Part shown: positions 9,361 through 18,757 of the stretch, piece after piece | How the letters are laid out: each line of letters begins with the position of its first letter | How positions within the stretch are numbered: the first letter of the stretch is position 1 | Translations under genes and position numbers: made by a program | Notes under the pieces: model-generated | Told to the model about the DNA's origin: nothing | Databases searched by the model: none | The model's input: the letters and a program-made list of their open reading frames with translations, nothing else | Source: Promethearchaeota archaeon | Lineage (GTDB): Archaea; Asgardarchaeota; Lokiarchaeia; Sigyniarchaeales; SOKP01 | NCBI GenBank assembly: GCA_048938855.1 | Contig: JBHLLT010000032.1 | Span: 1 to 30,663, forward strand | DNA: 30,663 nt | Direction of reading: 5' to 3'

Positions 9361-10074
9361 TTGACGCACATTATGCCCGATGATAAATTACCAGATCTAG
9401 ATAAAGAAAAAATAATTGTTTTTCAATATAATGATGAGTTAAATGAATTTCAAGAATTAGAACTAGCAGATGATATTGAAATACCCGAGCTTTTGGATCC
9501 CGATTTTGTTCTACTTTTTGTTGATCCTTCTCGTTATAGAGTGTGGATTTGGCATGGGAGTAATACTACAACAAGGATGAAATTTATTGCTGCTAAATTA
9601 GCACCCAGTATAAGGGACAGGTATGGAATTGGTTTTAAAATAAGTGCTGTCGATGAAGGTAATGAAACAGTAGGTTTCAAAGTAGCAGCAGGTATTGAAA
9701 AAGAAATTGAATATGTAGAAGCACAAACGGGTCCAGCTTATGAAGGAACTGAACAAGATTTAGCTTTACTAGAAAGTCTTTCAACAGAAAAAATTTTATA
9801 TCTTCTAGAAAAAACAGGTATCCCTGAGGGATTTGAACGAAAAATTGTTATAGTGAATAATAAAATTTATGGATACAAGGAATACGATAGAAATTATTTG
9901 GGTTCAGTTATTAGAGAAAAAAAGCTTTTCCCTTTAAGAGAAGAAATTGAAGATGGTCCCTATCTCGCAGAAGATTATGTCCCAAGAATGCTTTTTTCCT
10001 ACAATAACGTAGTATTAGTTGAATTATTACAAAAAACAAATAATAAACAACATAAAGAAGAAAACAATAATTAA
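9361..10074 (+). CDS. Single gelsolin-domain protein with an uncharacterised C-terminal domain (Asgard 1DGelX-like)
   Basis: ELLDPDFVLLFVDPSRYRVWIWHGSNTTTRMKFIAAKLAPSIRD...ISAVDEGNETVGF matches the gelsolin repeat (xWxG and the V-x-E-G-x-E...F end motif). The start is TTG 9361 or ATG 9373. Confidence 0.8.
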   Translation: MTHIMPDDKLPDLDKEKIIVFQYNDELNEFQELELADDIEIPELLDPDFVLLFVDPSRYRVWIWHGSNTTTRMKFIAAKLAPSIRDRYGIGFKISAVDEGNETVGFKVAAGIEKEIEYVEAQTGPAYEGTEQDLALLESLSTEKILYLLEKTGIPEGFERKIVIVNNKIYGYKEYDRNYLGSVIREKKLFPLREEIEDGPYLAEDYVPRMLFSYNNVVLVELLQKTNNKQHKEENNN

Positions 10075-10108
10075 TTTTAAAATTATAACCCTTTAAAATA
10101 ACGTAAGA

Positions 10109-10252
10109 ATGTCTCATGAAAGGCGTAGTCCTCCTTCAAAATACAGGACTTCAATAAGAAAAAGGCGTAAAAAAAGAAGAATTTTTGGAATTATTTTAAC
10201 AATTATTCTTTTTGGAAGTATTCTACTAGGTCTAGTTTTAATAGCTCTATAG
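10109..10252 (+). CDS. 47-aa tail-anchored small membrane protein
   Basis: Manual translation: MSHERRSPPSKYRTSIRKRRKKRRIFGIILTIILFGSILLGLVLIAL*. A polybasic run precedes one C-terminal TM helix, and the ORF is co-oriented between two + strand genes. Confidence 0.65.
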   Translation: MSHERRSPPSKYRTSIRKRRKKRRIFGIILTIILFGSILLGLVLIAL

Positions 10253-10322
10253 ACGCTTTAAAATGGTCTCAATTCATTAAATTTATAATTTTAATTCCTT
10301 TCCCTTAATTATCACATAGAAT

Positions 10323-11054
10323 TTGAGAATCAAATTGAAATTTAAAAAGATTGACATTATCTTCATAGTTTTACTTATCATATTAACAATAATCTCAATA
10401 GATCTCTTATTAAATGAATCACATAGAGATTTAATTGAAAATATTTCCATATATCCTCCATTTCAGGATTTAGGTTCAGGATTACTAATTACTTTTTTGG
10501 TTTGCTTGATTGGAAATTTGCTTCCCGTCCCTACTCCTTATACTTTTGTAGTTTGTTTTAGTGCTGAACCATTTCTGCAAATTCATTTTTTAATTCCACT
10601 TCTAGTTGCATTTATAGCTTCCTTAGGTTGTTTGATAGGTGAGATGGGAGGCTATTTTGTTGGAAGAGGTGCTGCTGAAGTGATTTCAGTTGAAAGGAAA
10701 GCTAATCTTAATAAATATCAGCAATATTTAATTGATCATCCTAAAATCGCCCCTTTTCTACTATTTTTGTTTGGGGTGACCCCATTAAATGATGATATGA
10801 TTACAATACCATTAGGTCTGATAAAATATGATGTGAAAAAAACAATATTTTGGGTATGGCTTGGAAAACTTGGATTAATGCTAATTTTTGCTTATAACTT
10901 GTTAAATATATGCATCTTCTTAGGAGGAGAAAATTGGATATTTAGTATAATTACCTTGTATTTCGTAGTTACTACTGTATATATTATGCTAAAAGTAAAT
11001 TTTGTGGATTTACTTAATAAATTAAGAAAAAGGAAAGAAATTGATAAAGAATAA
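10323..11054 (+). CDS. DedA/VTT-domain (SNARE-associated Golgi family) membrane protein
   Basis: GNLLPVPTPY, ASLGCLIGEMGGYFVGRG and FGVTPLNDDMITIPLGL...GKL are DedA-type motifs within multiple TM helices. Confidence 0.85.
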   Translation: MRIKLKFKKIDIIFIVLLIILTIISIDLLLNESHRDLIENISIYPPFQDLGSGLLITFLVCLIGNLLPVPTPYTFVVCFSAEPFLQIHFLIPLLVAFIASLGCLIGEMGGYFVGRGAAEVISVERKANLNKYQQYLIDHPKIAPFLLFLFGVTPLNDDMITIPLGLIKYDVKKTIFWVWLGKLGLMLIFAYNLLNICIFLGGENWIFSIITLYFVVTTVYIMLKVNFVDLLNKLRKRKEIDKE

Positions 11055-11073
11055 CTTGAATAAATGAATTTTA

Positions 11074-12597
11074 TTAAATCATTACATCTTTACCAGGCAA
11101 AGATACTGTACCTGCCCTTAATCCCTCTGCTTCCATATAATATTCAAGAGTTCGTTCTTCTACTTCTTTAATATAAGTTAGAAGTTTAGACTCAACTTCA
11201 GTTGATATATCTCTTGGAGTAAATCCATTCAATATCTGTTCTACTTTTTCTTTAGCAGATATAATAATATCTTTTGATCCTTTTTTACGCCAAGTTGTTC
11301 TCCTATCTCTATTGGTAAGTTTATGAATAGGCATATATAATTCTTGTTTCATAAATTTTCTTGTATGTCTTTCAGCTAAATAGTTAGAACCTGGTTTCTC
11401 GCTTGTAGCTACTTTTTTTATAGTTTCTAATCCAATTGTTTCTTCGTTTACATTAATTCCTTCCACCGCTCTTCTGACCATACCTGCTAATTCATCATCA
11501 ATCACGAGTAATTCTAAGGCTTCAACAAGAGTTGCTTCATAGGTCCCAGCACATGTTATGTAGTTTATACCTGCTTGAGCTGCTAGCAAGAGTGTTTGAT
11601 ATCTTTCAAAACCATTTTGGAGATCAAGTACTTTTGAATCGGTAACTAGTCCTGGTCCACGCGAGGGAATATTATAAAATCTAGCTAATTGAGCAATTCC
11701 AGCAGTAATCAGTCCTGTCTCAACGCTTCCCATGGCTGAATTACCAGAACGCATATCAGTAATATGAGACACTGTACCATAAAATATAGGCGCACCAGGA
11801 TTATAAATTTGAGAAAGAACTGCTCCTCCTATGATTTCTGCATTAGTCTGAGTTAGTAAACCTGCAAGAGTAACAGGAGCAGAAGTACCCGCTAAAGCTT
11901 CAGGGGGAATAATCGTAGGTTGTTTATATTTAGCGAAAATTTCAAATCCATTAGTCATAATTTGAGGAAAGTGTAAGGGGCTTGTTGGACTAAAATAACC
12001 TACCAATCTGGGCCTTTTAATTAATTCTTCATCTCCTCCGACAACTATCGATACCATATTCATCATATCTTGTGATGCTAATCTACCAATACAACCCATT
12101 CCGTACGGTTTTTTAGTATTTTTTGCCCATTGATAAATACAATGAGCATGTATAGCAGTATAAGATATATCATTAGGCCAAATATCTAAATTAGAGCAAC
12201 AAATATTGTCTAAATAATCTACAATTCGGATTTGCTTAATTGTATCCTCCAAGACAGTTTTTTTAACTCCACTTTTATGTGTTGGATCATAAATTTTTAC
12301 TGGAGTTCCTATTGTAGCAAATACCATACTTTCCATATTTATTCCAAAACTAAAACTTCCATCTGGACCATATAAGCTAAATGAATCGGGTACTGTTTTA
12401 AGGCGTTCTTTAACAAGTTCTTCAGGAAATTTAATAAACTTCGAATCAGAATTTGTTTCAGCTCCATTTTTTTCAAGTAAATCTCGTGTTTCTTTAGAAT
12501 CTATTTTAATGCCCACAGAGGACAAAAGCTCTAAAGATGCTGAATTTATTAATTCAATTTCATCTTTTGAAAGTAATTCTAATTTTTTCATTCTCAT
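11074..12597 (-). CDS. MttB-superfamily corrinoid methyltransferase, pyrrolysine-free (copy 1)
   Basis: PTSPL, AGTSAPVTLAGLLTQTNAE, PGAPIFYG, DMRSG...GSVE, TDSKVLDLQNGFE and LLVIDDE. There is no in-frame TAG. Confidence 0.9.
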   Translation of the reverse strand: MRMKKLELLSKDEIELINSASLELLSSVGIKIDSKETRDLLEKNGAETNSDSKFIKFPEELVKERLKTVPDSFSLYGPDGSFSFGINMESMVFATIGTPVKIYDPTHKSGVKKTVLEDTIKQIRIVDYLDNICCSNLDIWPNDISYTAIHAHCIYQWAKNTKKPYGMGCIGRLASQDMMNMVSIVVGGDEELIKRPRLVGYFSPTSPLHFPQIMTNGFEIFAKYKQPTIIPPEALAGTSAPVTLAGLLTQTNAEIIGGAVLSQIYNPGAPIFYGTVSHITDMRSGNSAMGSVETGLITAGIAQLARFYNIPSRGPGLVTDSKVLDLQNGFERYQTLLLAAQAGINYITCAGTYEATLVEALELLVIDDELAGMVRRAVEGINVNEETIGLETIKKVATSEKPGSNYLAERHTRKFMKQELYMPIHKLTNRDRRTTWRKKGSKDIIISAKEKVEQILNGFTPRDISTEVESKLLTYIKEVEERTLEYYMEAEGLRAGTVSLPGKDVMI

Positions 12598-12620
12598 AAA
12601 TATTTCACATCATATTCTTT

Positions 12621-13262
12621 TCATTTAAGTAATTCTTGTACTAAATTTACTGCTTCAATAGCATCGTCAGCCCATCCATCTGCACCAATTTGATCAGCCC
12701 ATCCCTCCGATGTGGGAGCACCACCAACGATAACTTTAAATTTTCCTCGTAATCCTCTTTTGTCTAATTCTTCAATAACTTGACGTTGAAAGTCCATTGA
12801 CATAGTTAATAAAGATGAAAGTCCAATCACTTGAGCATTAACTTCTTCAGCTTTATCTACGAATTTTGAAGCAGGAACTTCTTCTCCTAAGTTATAAACT
12901 TCAAATCCGTTCGAAAAAAGGAAACTCCCAACAAGATCTTTCCCAATACTATGAACGTCTCCCTCTACCGTCCCAATAACTACTATCCCCGCAGTTTCTT
13001 TGGTTTGACCTGATTCTTTAATCGCAGGATCTAAAACTTCATCAATTGCATTTTTCACTACATTAGCAGATCCAACTAAATCTGGTAGAAAAATTTCTTC
13101 CTCTTCAAATTGCTTGCCTATATATTGCATAACAGATCCGATGATCTTTAACAAATCTACAGCTGTGGCTTCTTTATTGTCGAGAATAGAACGACAAATT
13201 TCTTTCAGACCTTCCTCATCCCACTCTATAATAGCTTCTTTAATTTTTTCATCTAAAGTCAT
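12621..13262 (-). CDS. Corrinoid (cobalamin-binding) protein, MttC/MtbC-like
   Basis: N-terminal cap (FEEEEIFLPDL), B12 motif GTVEGDVHSIGK, and GLSSLLT, IVGGAP and IGADGWADDA. Confidence 0.93.
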   Translation of the reverse strand: MTLDEKIKEAIIEWDEEGLKEICRSILDNKEATAVDLLKIIGSVMQYIGKQFEEEEIFLPDLVGSANVVKNAIDEVLDPAIKESGQTKETAGIVVIGTVEGDVHSIGKDLVGSFLFSNGFEVYNLGEEVPASKFVDKAEEVNAQVIGLSSLLTMSMDFQRQVIEELDKRGLRGKFKVIVGGAPTSEGWADQIGADGWADDAIEAVNLVQELLK

Positions 13263-13385
13263 TTTGAACTCATTAAATCATGTTGTTTCTTCTTTTTTAT
13301 AATTGAAATTATGTAAAAAGTTTTATCTATATATTTAATATTGAAAAGCCATGCCAAATTTACTAAAATAATTTAAAAAGATAAT

Positions 13386-14672
13386 GTGAAAGTTATGCCA
13401 GAAATTAAAAAATCTTTTCAAGAAATAAATAAGGAGAACCGTAGTGAATGGGATAAACTAAAGTTTGATACTCAATTAATTCGTGCTGGCGAAGATCCGT
13501 ATCCTGAAACATCACATAGTATTCGAACACCTATTTATACTTCAAAATCATATACTTATTCTTCTTTAAGTGAATTAATGAGTAACCATTATCATTATTC
13601 AAGAACAGAAAATCCTACGGTTTATGCGCTAAACTATAAATTAGCAACGCTTCATAAAGGAGAAAGTGCGATCTCTGTAGCATCTGGAATGGCAGCAGTA
13701 CATCTTGCATGTTCAAGTATTTTGCAACAACGCGTTGAACGTATGCGCCCAGATAAAATTAAAAAAAAATTCCTAGAATCTAGACCTGAAGAGTATCCTA
13801 ATATAATAATTCATACTAATCAGTATGTTGATATTTACCGTATTCTTACAAAATTATACCCTCAAATGGGATTTGAGTGTAAAAGAGTTAATCTTTGTGA
13901 TTTAGCTGAAGTAAAGAAAAATGTTGACGAAAATACTAAATTCATTTTTCTAGAATCACCAGCAAATCCTTCCATTGACGTTATAGATATTGAAGCTTGT
14001 GCAAACATAATTCATGAAGTGGATGGTAAATGCATAGTTGATAATACCTTTGCTTCTCCAGCACTTCAATGTCCTCTTGAATTAGGTGCTGATCTTGTTG
14101 TAGAAAGCCTTACAAAATATATTAATGGGCATGGAGATTGTTTAGGTGGAGCCATAATTGGCCCAAAAAATGATATTCAAAATATTCATTTTTTCTGGCA
14201 TTCAATGCAAGGTCCTGTATTAAGTCCATTTAATGCATGGCTTATTTTGCGAGGAATTAAAACGTTAAATCTTCGAATGACTCGTCATTCCTTAAATGCA
14301 ATGAAAGTAGCCAGTTTTTTAGAAAGACATTCAAAAGTCATAAATGTGGCATATCCGGGATTAAAATCTCATCCAGGTCATGATATAGCAAAAAGACAAA
14401 TGAAAGATTTTAGTGGAATGATTGGATTTGAACTGGAATCAGTAGAAGCAAGCAGAAAATTTATAGAACTTCTAAAGTTAATTAAAGTTGGAGTATCCTT
14501 AGGTGATTTAACCTCTTTAATTGAATATACCTCAATTATGACAGGGTTAGAACTCGCACCATGGGAACGCAAGGCTATGAAGATTTCAAATACTCACTTT
14601 CGATTTTCCGTGGGATTAGAAGATCCAGAGGATATTATTGCTGATTTAGATCAAGCTTTAAAACAAATTTAA
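13386..14672 (+). CDS. PLP-dependent Cys/Met metabolism enzyme (methionine gamma-lyase/cystathionine gamma-synthase family), divergent
   Basis: YSRTENPT, SGMAAV, ESPANP, DNTFASP, ESLTKYINGHGD (PLP Lys), GVSLG and RFSVGLED. Confidence 0.9.
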   Translation: MKVMPEIKKSFQEINKENRSEWDKLKFDTQLIRAGEDPYPETSHSIRTPIYTSKSYTYSSLSELMSNHYHYSRTENPTVYALNYKLATLHKGESAISVASGMAAVHLACSSILQQRVERMRPDKIKKKFLESRPEEYPNIIIHTNQYVDIYRILTKLYPQMGFECKRVNLCDLAEVKKNVDENTKFIFLESPANPSIDVIDIEACANIIHEVDGKCIVDNTFASPALQCPLELGADLVVESLTKYINGHGDCLGGAIIGPKNDIQNIHFFWHSMQGPVLSPFNAWLILRGIKTLNLRMTRHSLNAMKVASFLERHSKVINVAYPGLKSHPGHDIAKRQMKDFSGMIGFELESVEASRKFIELLKLIKVGVSLGDLTSLIEYTSIMTGLELAPWERKAMKISNTHFRFSVGLEDPEDIIADLDQALKQI

Positions 14673-14729
14673 GTTCATAAAGTTAAAAATTATACTATAA
14701 AAAAATCAATTAAAAAAAAATTTACAATT

Positions 14730-16241
14730 ATGAAGTTAAACAAATTAGAAGCGTTAACACAAGAAGAAATTGAACTCATCCATGTAAAAACCCTTGAACT
14801 CTTAGAATCTATCGGAGTGAAGGTAGAATCTCCAGAAACTCGCAATTTTCTCAAAGAACATGGATGTTTTATAGATGATGAGAATGAACATTATATCAAA
14901 TTTCCTGAAGATCTTGTAATAAAGCATCTTAAAACTGTTCCTAGTTCTTTTTCATTGTGGGGTCATGATGCTTCGTTTGAGCTTAACATTGACACCCAAA
15001 CTGTCAATTTTGCAACAGTTGGAACCCCAGTGAGAATATATGATCCTGAAAGTAAAAAAGGAGTTCGAAAGACTGTCTTGGAGGACACAATTAAGCAAAT
15101 CCGCATTGTAGACGCATTAAAGAATATTCATTGTAGTCATGTGGACGTCTGGCCGAATGATGTCCCATATACTGAACTTCATTGGCATGCTATAAATGCT
15201 TGGGCACATAATAGTACTAAACCTTACGGTCTTGGCTGCCTCGGAAGAATAGCATCCCAAGATATGATGAATCTTCTTTCTATTATTGTAGGAGGAGAAG
15301 AGGAACTTAAAAAAAGACCTCGACTCATCGGCTTCTATAATCCGACTAGTCCTCTAATACATACTCAAATTTTATTGAATGGTCTTTTTATCTTTGCAAA
15401 ATATAATCAACCATTAATTGTGGCTCCTGCTGCTAGTGCTGGCTCAACAGCACCAGTAACTTTAGCGGGATTACTTGTCCAAGCTAATATGGAAACTTTA
15501 TCTGCAATTGTGCTTACTCAATTAATTAATCCAGGAGCACCAGTTTTTTATTCTTCGATGTCAGCACCAATGGATCCTTCAACTGGAAATGTTGCGTGGG
15601 GTTCCATAGAAACTGGTTTAATTACAGCTGCTACTGCTCAATTAGCCAGATTTTATAAAATACCCTCAAGAGGTCCTGGATTAGTAACAGAATCTAAATG
15701 TTTTGATATTCAAAATGGTCAAGAGCGTTTTATGACTCTTTTCTGTGCTGCTTCTGCAGGAATAAATTATATTACGTGTGCTGGGACGTATGAATCTTCA
15801 CTTTCCGAGGCCTTAGAACTACTTATAATTGATGATGAATTTTGCAGTATTGTTAAAAGAGGGCTGGAAGGTATAAGAGTTGATGAAGAATCACTAGCAG
15901 TTGAGCAAATAAAACAAGTTGCGACTTCACAAAAATCATATTTAAGTTTAAAACATACAGCTAAAAACACTCGAAAGGAACTTTTCGTACCTTTACTTGC
16001 TGATAGGGACAGAAGGACCATATGGGAAAGAGCAGGTGGCAAAGATATGATTGCAAGAGCCAAGGAAAAAATAGATAAGATTTTAAATACTCAAAAAGGA
16101 CCTGATCTTTCTGAAGATGTTGAAAAGAAGTTAAAGAAATACTATGAAGTGGTTTCAAAACGTACATATGAAGAATATCGAAGACTTGAGGGATTGGAAG
16201 ATTCTGATACCAAAATAGATTTACCCACTTCAGATGAATAA
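14730..16241 (+). CDS. MttB-superfamily corrinoid methyltransferase, pyrrolysine-free (copy 2)
   Basis: Close paralogue of 11074-12597 (shared KTVLEDTIKQIRIVD, IPSRGPGLVT and AGINYITCAGTYE). There is no in-frame TAG. Confidence 0.9.
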   Translation: MKLNKLEALTQEEIELIHVKTLELLESIGVKVESPETRNFLKEHGCFIDDENEHYIKFPEDLVIKHLKTVPSSFSLWGHDASFELNIDTQTVNFATVGTPVRIYDPESKKGVRKTVLEDTIKQIRIVDALKNIHCSHVDVWPNDVPYTELHWHAINAWAHNSTKPYGLGCLGRIASQDMMNLLSIIVGGEEELKKRPRLIGFYNPTSPLIHTQILLNGLFIFAKYNQPLIVAPAASAGSTAPVTLAGLLVQANMETLSAIVLTQLINPGAPVFYSSMSAPMDPSTGNVAWGSIETGLITAATAQLARFYKIPSRGPGLVTESKCFDIQNGQERFMTLFCAASAGINYITCAGTYESSLSEALELLIIDDEFCSIVKRGLEGIRVDEESLAVEQIKQVATSQKSYLSLKHTAKNTRKELFVPLLADRDRRTIWERAGGKDMIARAKEKIDKILNTQKGPDLSEDVEKKLKKYYEVVSKRTYEEYRRLEGLEDSDTKIDLPTSDE

Positions 16242-16259
16242 ATTAAAAAAAAAAGAAGT

Positions 16260-17624
16260 TTAAGCTGACTCTACTTTTTCTGCTTTTTCTTTATGAAGCT
16301 CTATTAATTTTTTTTTAATTTCCTGAACTTTTGATTTTGAAAAAGGATAAAAGTAGAGGCAAATTAGCGAAATCCCCAATGCTATACCAGGAATAACAAT
16401 AAACAGGAATCTGAGAGCAAAAGTTTGATCAATTAATGGATTGTAAACTTCCCAATCACTTTGGACAAACACAATCCCAATTGTTACAATTGATAAAATC
16501 ATCGAGAGTCGCATAAAGAAGTTAGTTATTCCAAAGAATGCTCCCTCACGTCGTACACCTGTCTTTAACTCATCATCATCAATGACATCAGCAATAATAA
16601 GGTATATAAAGTAGAGCATACCGCCAAATCCAATACCCATTAAAATTGCTATGATCAATACAATTTCATACACTGCAATAAACATCAATGGTAATGACGC
16701 AAAAAAGTACGCAACAATAGAAATTGCATAACCCCTCTTGCTTCCAAGTTTAAGATCCAACCATCTCCATAACACAACTGAAACTGCTCCAGCAATATAC
16801 ATTGCACCCATTATCAAAGAAGTATCAAATGCATCAATATTAAGTACATTCCTCCCAAATATTTGTACTAATGTCGCCAAAAGCAATAAAACATATTCAT
16901 ACAAAAAAAACATGATAGTATAAAGTACAAATCCCTTGTTTTTCATTGTGTATTTTAAGCTTTTTACGAATTTAAACTCGTGTTGATAGTCAAGTTTAAA
17001 TTCTTTTCGTTCAGTAACTCCCCATTTTAGAGAAACTATTAACGATGCTGCTATAATTATTGAGGTAATAATTCCGTTCATTAAATAGGTTGTTCTTGTC
17101 TCTGCAGACATAAGAACTAATCCTGGTACCAATGCAGCAAACAGTAAACCTACAACAGATAGTATTTGTTTAATCGTATTTACTTCAGATCGTTCTCCAA
17201 CTGTGGTATAAAGTTCAGGGAATAGGCTATCATAGGGGAGAGCGATCATAGTATAAAAAGTATCATAACACATTAACATTATAAGTAAGTATACAAAAGT
17301 TAGAACGTCATTTCCAGTGGGGGGGAGCCAGATAATAATTTCCAATATTAACATTGGAATTAAGCCAGCCATTATGTAAGGTTTTCTGCGTCCCCACCGA
17401 GTGTGAGTGCGATCTGATAAATATCCGATTATAGGGTCATTAAAAGCGTTCCATATCGTCCATAATACTGCAGCAAGCATATACCATCCAATGGGCAATC
17501 CTACAACTGTGAAATAATAAGTAAAAACATAGATATTAAAAGCAGTATTTATAAACCATTGAGCAAAACTTCCTAATCCAAAACTCCATTTTTGACCACG
17601 GCTAAATCGTTGTTCTTCAGTCAT
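16260..17624 (-). CDS. MFS transporter, GPH/MelB (MFS_2) cation symporter family
   Basis: WNAFNDPIIGYLSDRTHTRWGRRKPY and IIADVIDDDELKTGVRREGAFFG, with about 12 TM segments. AGGTG lies upstream. Confidence 0.92.
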   Translation of the reverse strand: MTEEQRFSRGQKWSFGLGSFAQWFINTAFNIYVFTYYFTVVGLPIGWYMLAAVLWTIWNAFNDPIIGYLSDRTHTRWGRRKPYIMAGLIPMLILEIIIWLPPTGNDVLTFVYLLIMLMCYDTFYTMIALPYDSLFPELYTTVGERSEVNTIKQILSVVGLLFAALVPGLVLMSAETRTTYLMNGIITSIIIAASLIVSLKWGVTERKEFKLDYQHEFKFVKSLKYTMKNKGFVLYTIMFFLYEYVLLLLATLVQIFGRNVLNIDAFDTSLIMGAMYIAGAVSVVLWRWLDLKLGSKRGYAISIVAYFFASLPLMFIAVYEIVLIIAILMGIGFGGMLYFIYLIIADVIDDDELKTGVRREGAFFGITNFFMRLSMILSIVTIGIVFVQSDWEVYNPLIDQTFALRFLFIVIPGIALGISLICLYFYPFSKSKVQEIKKKLIELHKEKAEKVESA

Positions 17625-17776
17625 CCGTAATTTAACACCTATAACTAAAATTTTATTGTGAAATTATTATTTTTTAATATACCTCTATCTAAACTTTAAT
17701 AAATATTAATTTTTTAGAAAAAGAGAAGACAAACAAGTCCAATATAATCTCTATAGATTACACGGAATATTTATAT

Positions 17777-17992
17777 CTAAGATTTAGAATATTTTTCAAT
17801 AATATAATTTTGCAGCGACCAAGCGTATTTTTCGAGGTTTAGAATCAATAGTTTTTGCTGAATTTCTCTTAAATATGGAACATCTAATCTTTTAAACAAT
17901 GATTTCAATTGATCGATAGTATCAAATATCTCTACAATAACTTTCCAATCAGAAGCCCAAGCTTTATCTTGTGGATATTCTAAAACTTCCAT
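17777..17992 (-). CDS. Small helical hypothetical protein (71 aa)
   Basis: Protein-like ORF filling an intergenic gap, co-oriented with its neighbours, with GAGGA upstream of the ATG. Confidence 0.7.
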   Translation of the reverse strand: MEVLEYPQDKAWASDWKVIVEIFDTIDQLKSLFKRLDVPYLREIQQKLLILNLEKYAWSLQNYIIEKYSKS

Positions 17993-18091
17993 TTTTATAT
18001 CCTCGGGTTATCCATGAAAATTCAGACTTATAAATCTTTAGATAATAGAGAATTTCTAAAAAAGAAAAAAATATTGTTAAAAATAATTAAA

Positions 18092-18652
18092 TTATGCTTC
18101 TTTTACGTTAATTACCACAGTCTCAGAAATATTTTGCATAATTCTTACTCTTTTTTTAGAATCTCCAGAATTTTTAATAATCCCAATAAGAAAATCGATT
18201 ATTAGAAAAGGAGAACTCTTAAAAACGTTATTAATAGCATAATTTCTTGAGCTCGTTGGGCTTAAAGTATTCTCATCTACAGTCCTGATTTTCATGGCCA
18301 TTTTCCCTACAGTTTGACCCTTTTTACCAGTCTCAAAGCCCCAGAAATATAAAAAGCCGAGCATCCAATCAAATGGAAATGAAACTGTCCACCAGCCACC
18401 AAAAGGATTAAAAATATTAAAAGGTATCCACGAAACAAATATAATAAGTGAGATTGAGGAACTAATTAAGCCAATGATGATGCCATCAATAATGAGGGCA
18501 ACTAATCTGCTCCAGAATCCTGCATATTCTACTTTACCTAGATCCTTTTTAATTTGTTCTTCTTTTACGCCCAAATCTGTTCCACAGAATGGGCAAAAAG
18601 TTGTAGATGGTTCCAATTCATTTCCACAATTAGGACAGAATTTTACAGACAA
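18092..18652 (-). CDS. Zinc-ribbon plus RDD family membrane protein
   Basis: N-terminal FCPNCG...FCPFCG, then RDD motifs YAGFWSRLVALIID and GQTVGKMAMKIR. Confidence 0.88.
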   Translation of the reverse strand: MSVKFCPNCGNELEPSTTFCPFCGTDLGVKEEQIKKDLGKVEYAGFWSRLVALIIDGIIIGLISSSISLIIFVSWIPFNIFNPFGGWWTVSFPFDWMLGFLYFWGFETGKKGQTVGKMAMKIRTVDENTLSPTSSRNYAINNVFKSSPFLIIDFLIGIIKNSGDSKKRVRIMQNISETVVINVKEA

Positions 18653-18757
18653 TCTGTTTTTACACCATATATTTTAACTTTGTATATTTGATTATTATTT
18701 TATTTATATCTTGGAAAGATTAATAACTTCTGGAGACCAATTTTATTAGAAAAAAGT

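Noticed and set aside
11074-16241. Pyrrolysine-containing trimethylamine methyltransferases or methanogenesis
   Set aside because: Both ORFs are full length with no amber codon and have Val at the Pyl-equivalent site. No pyl or mcr genes are in the window.
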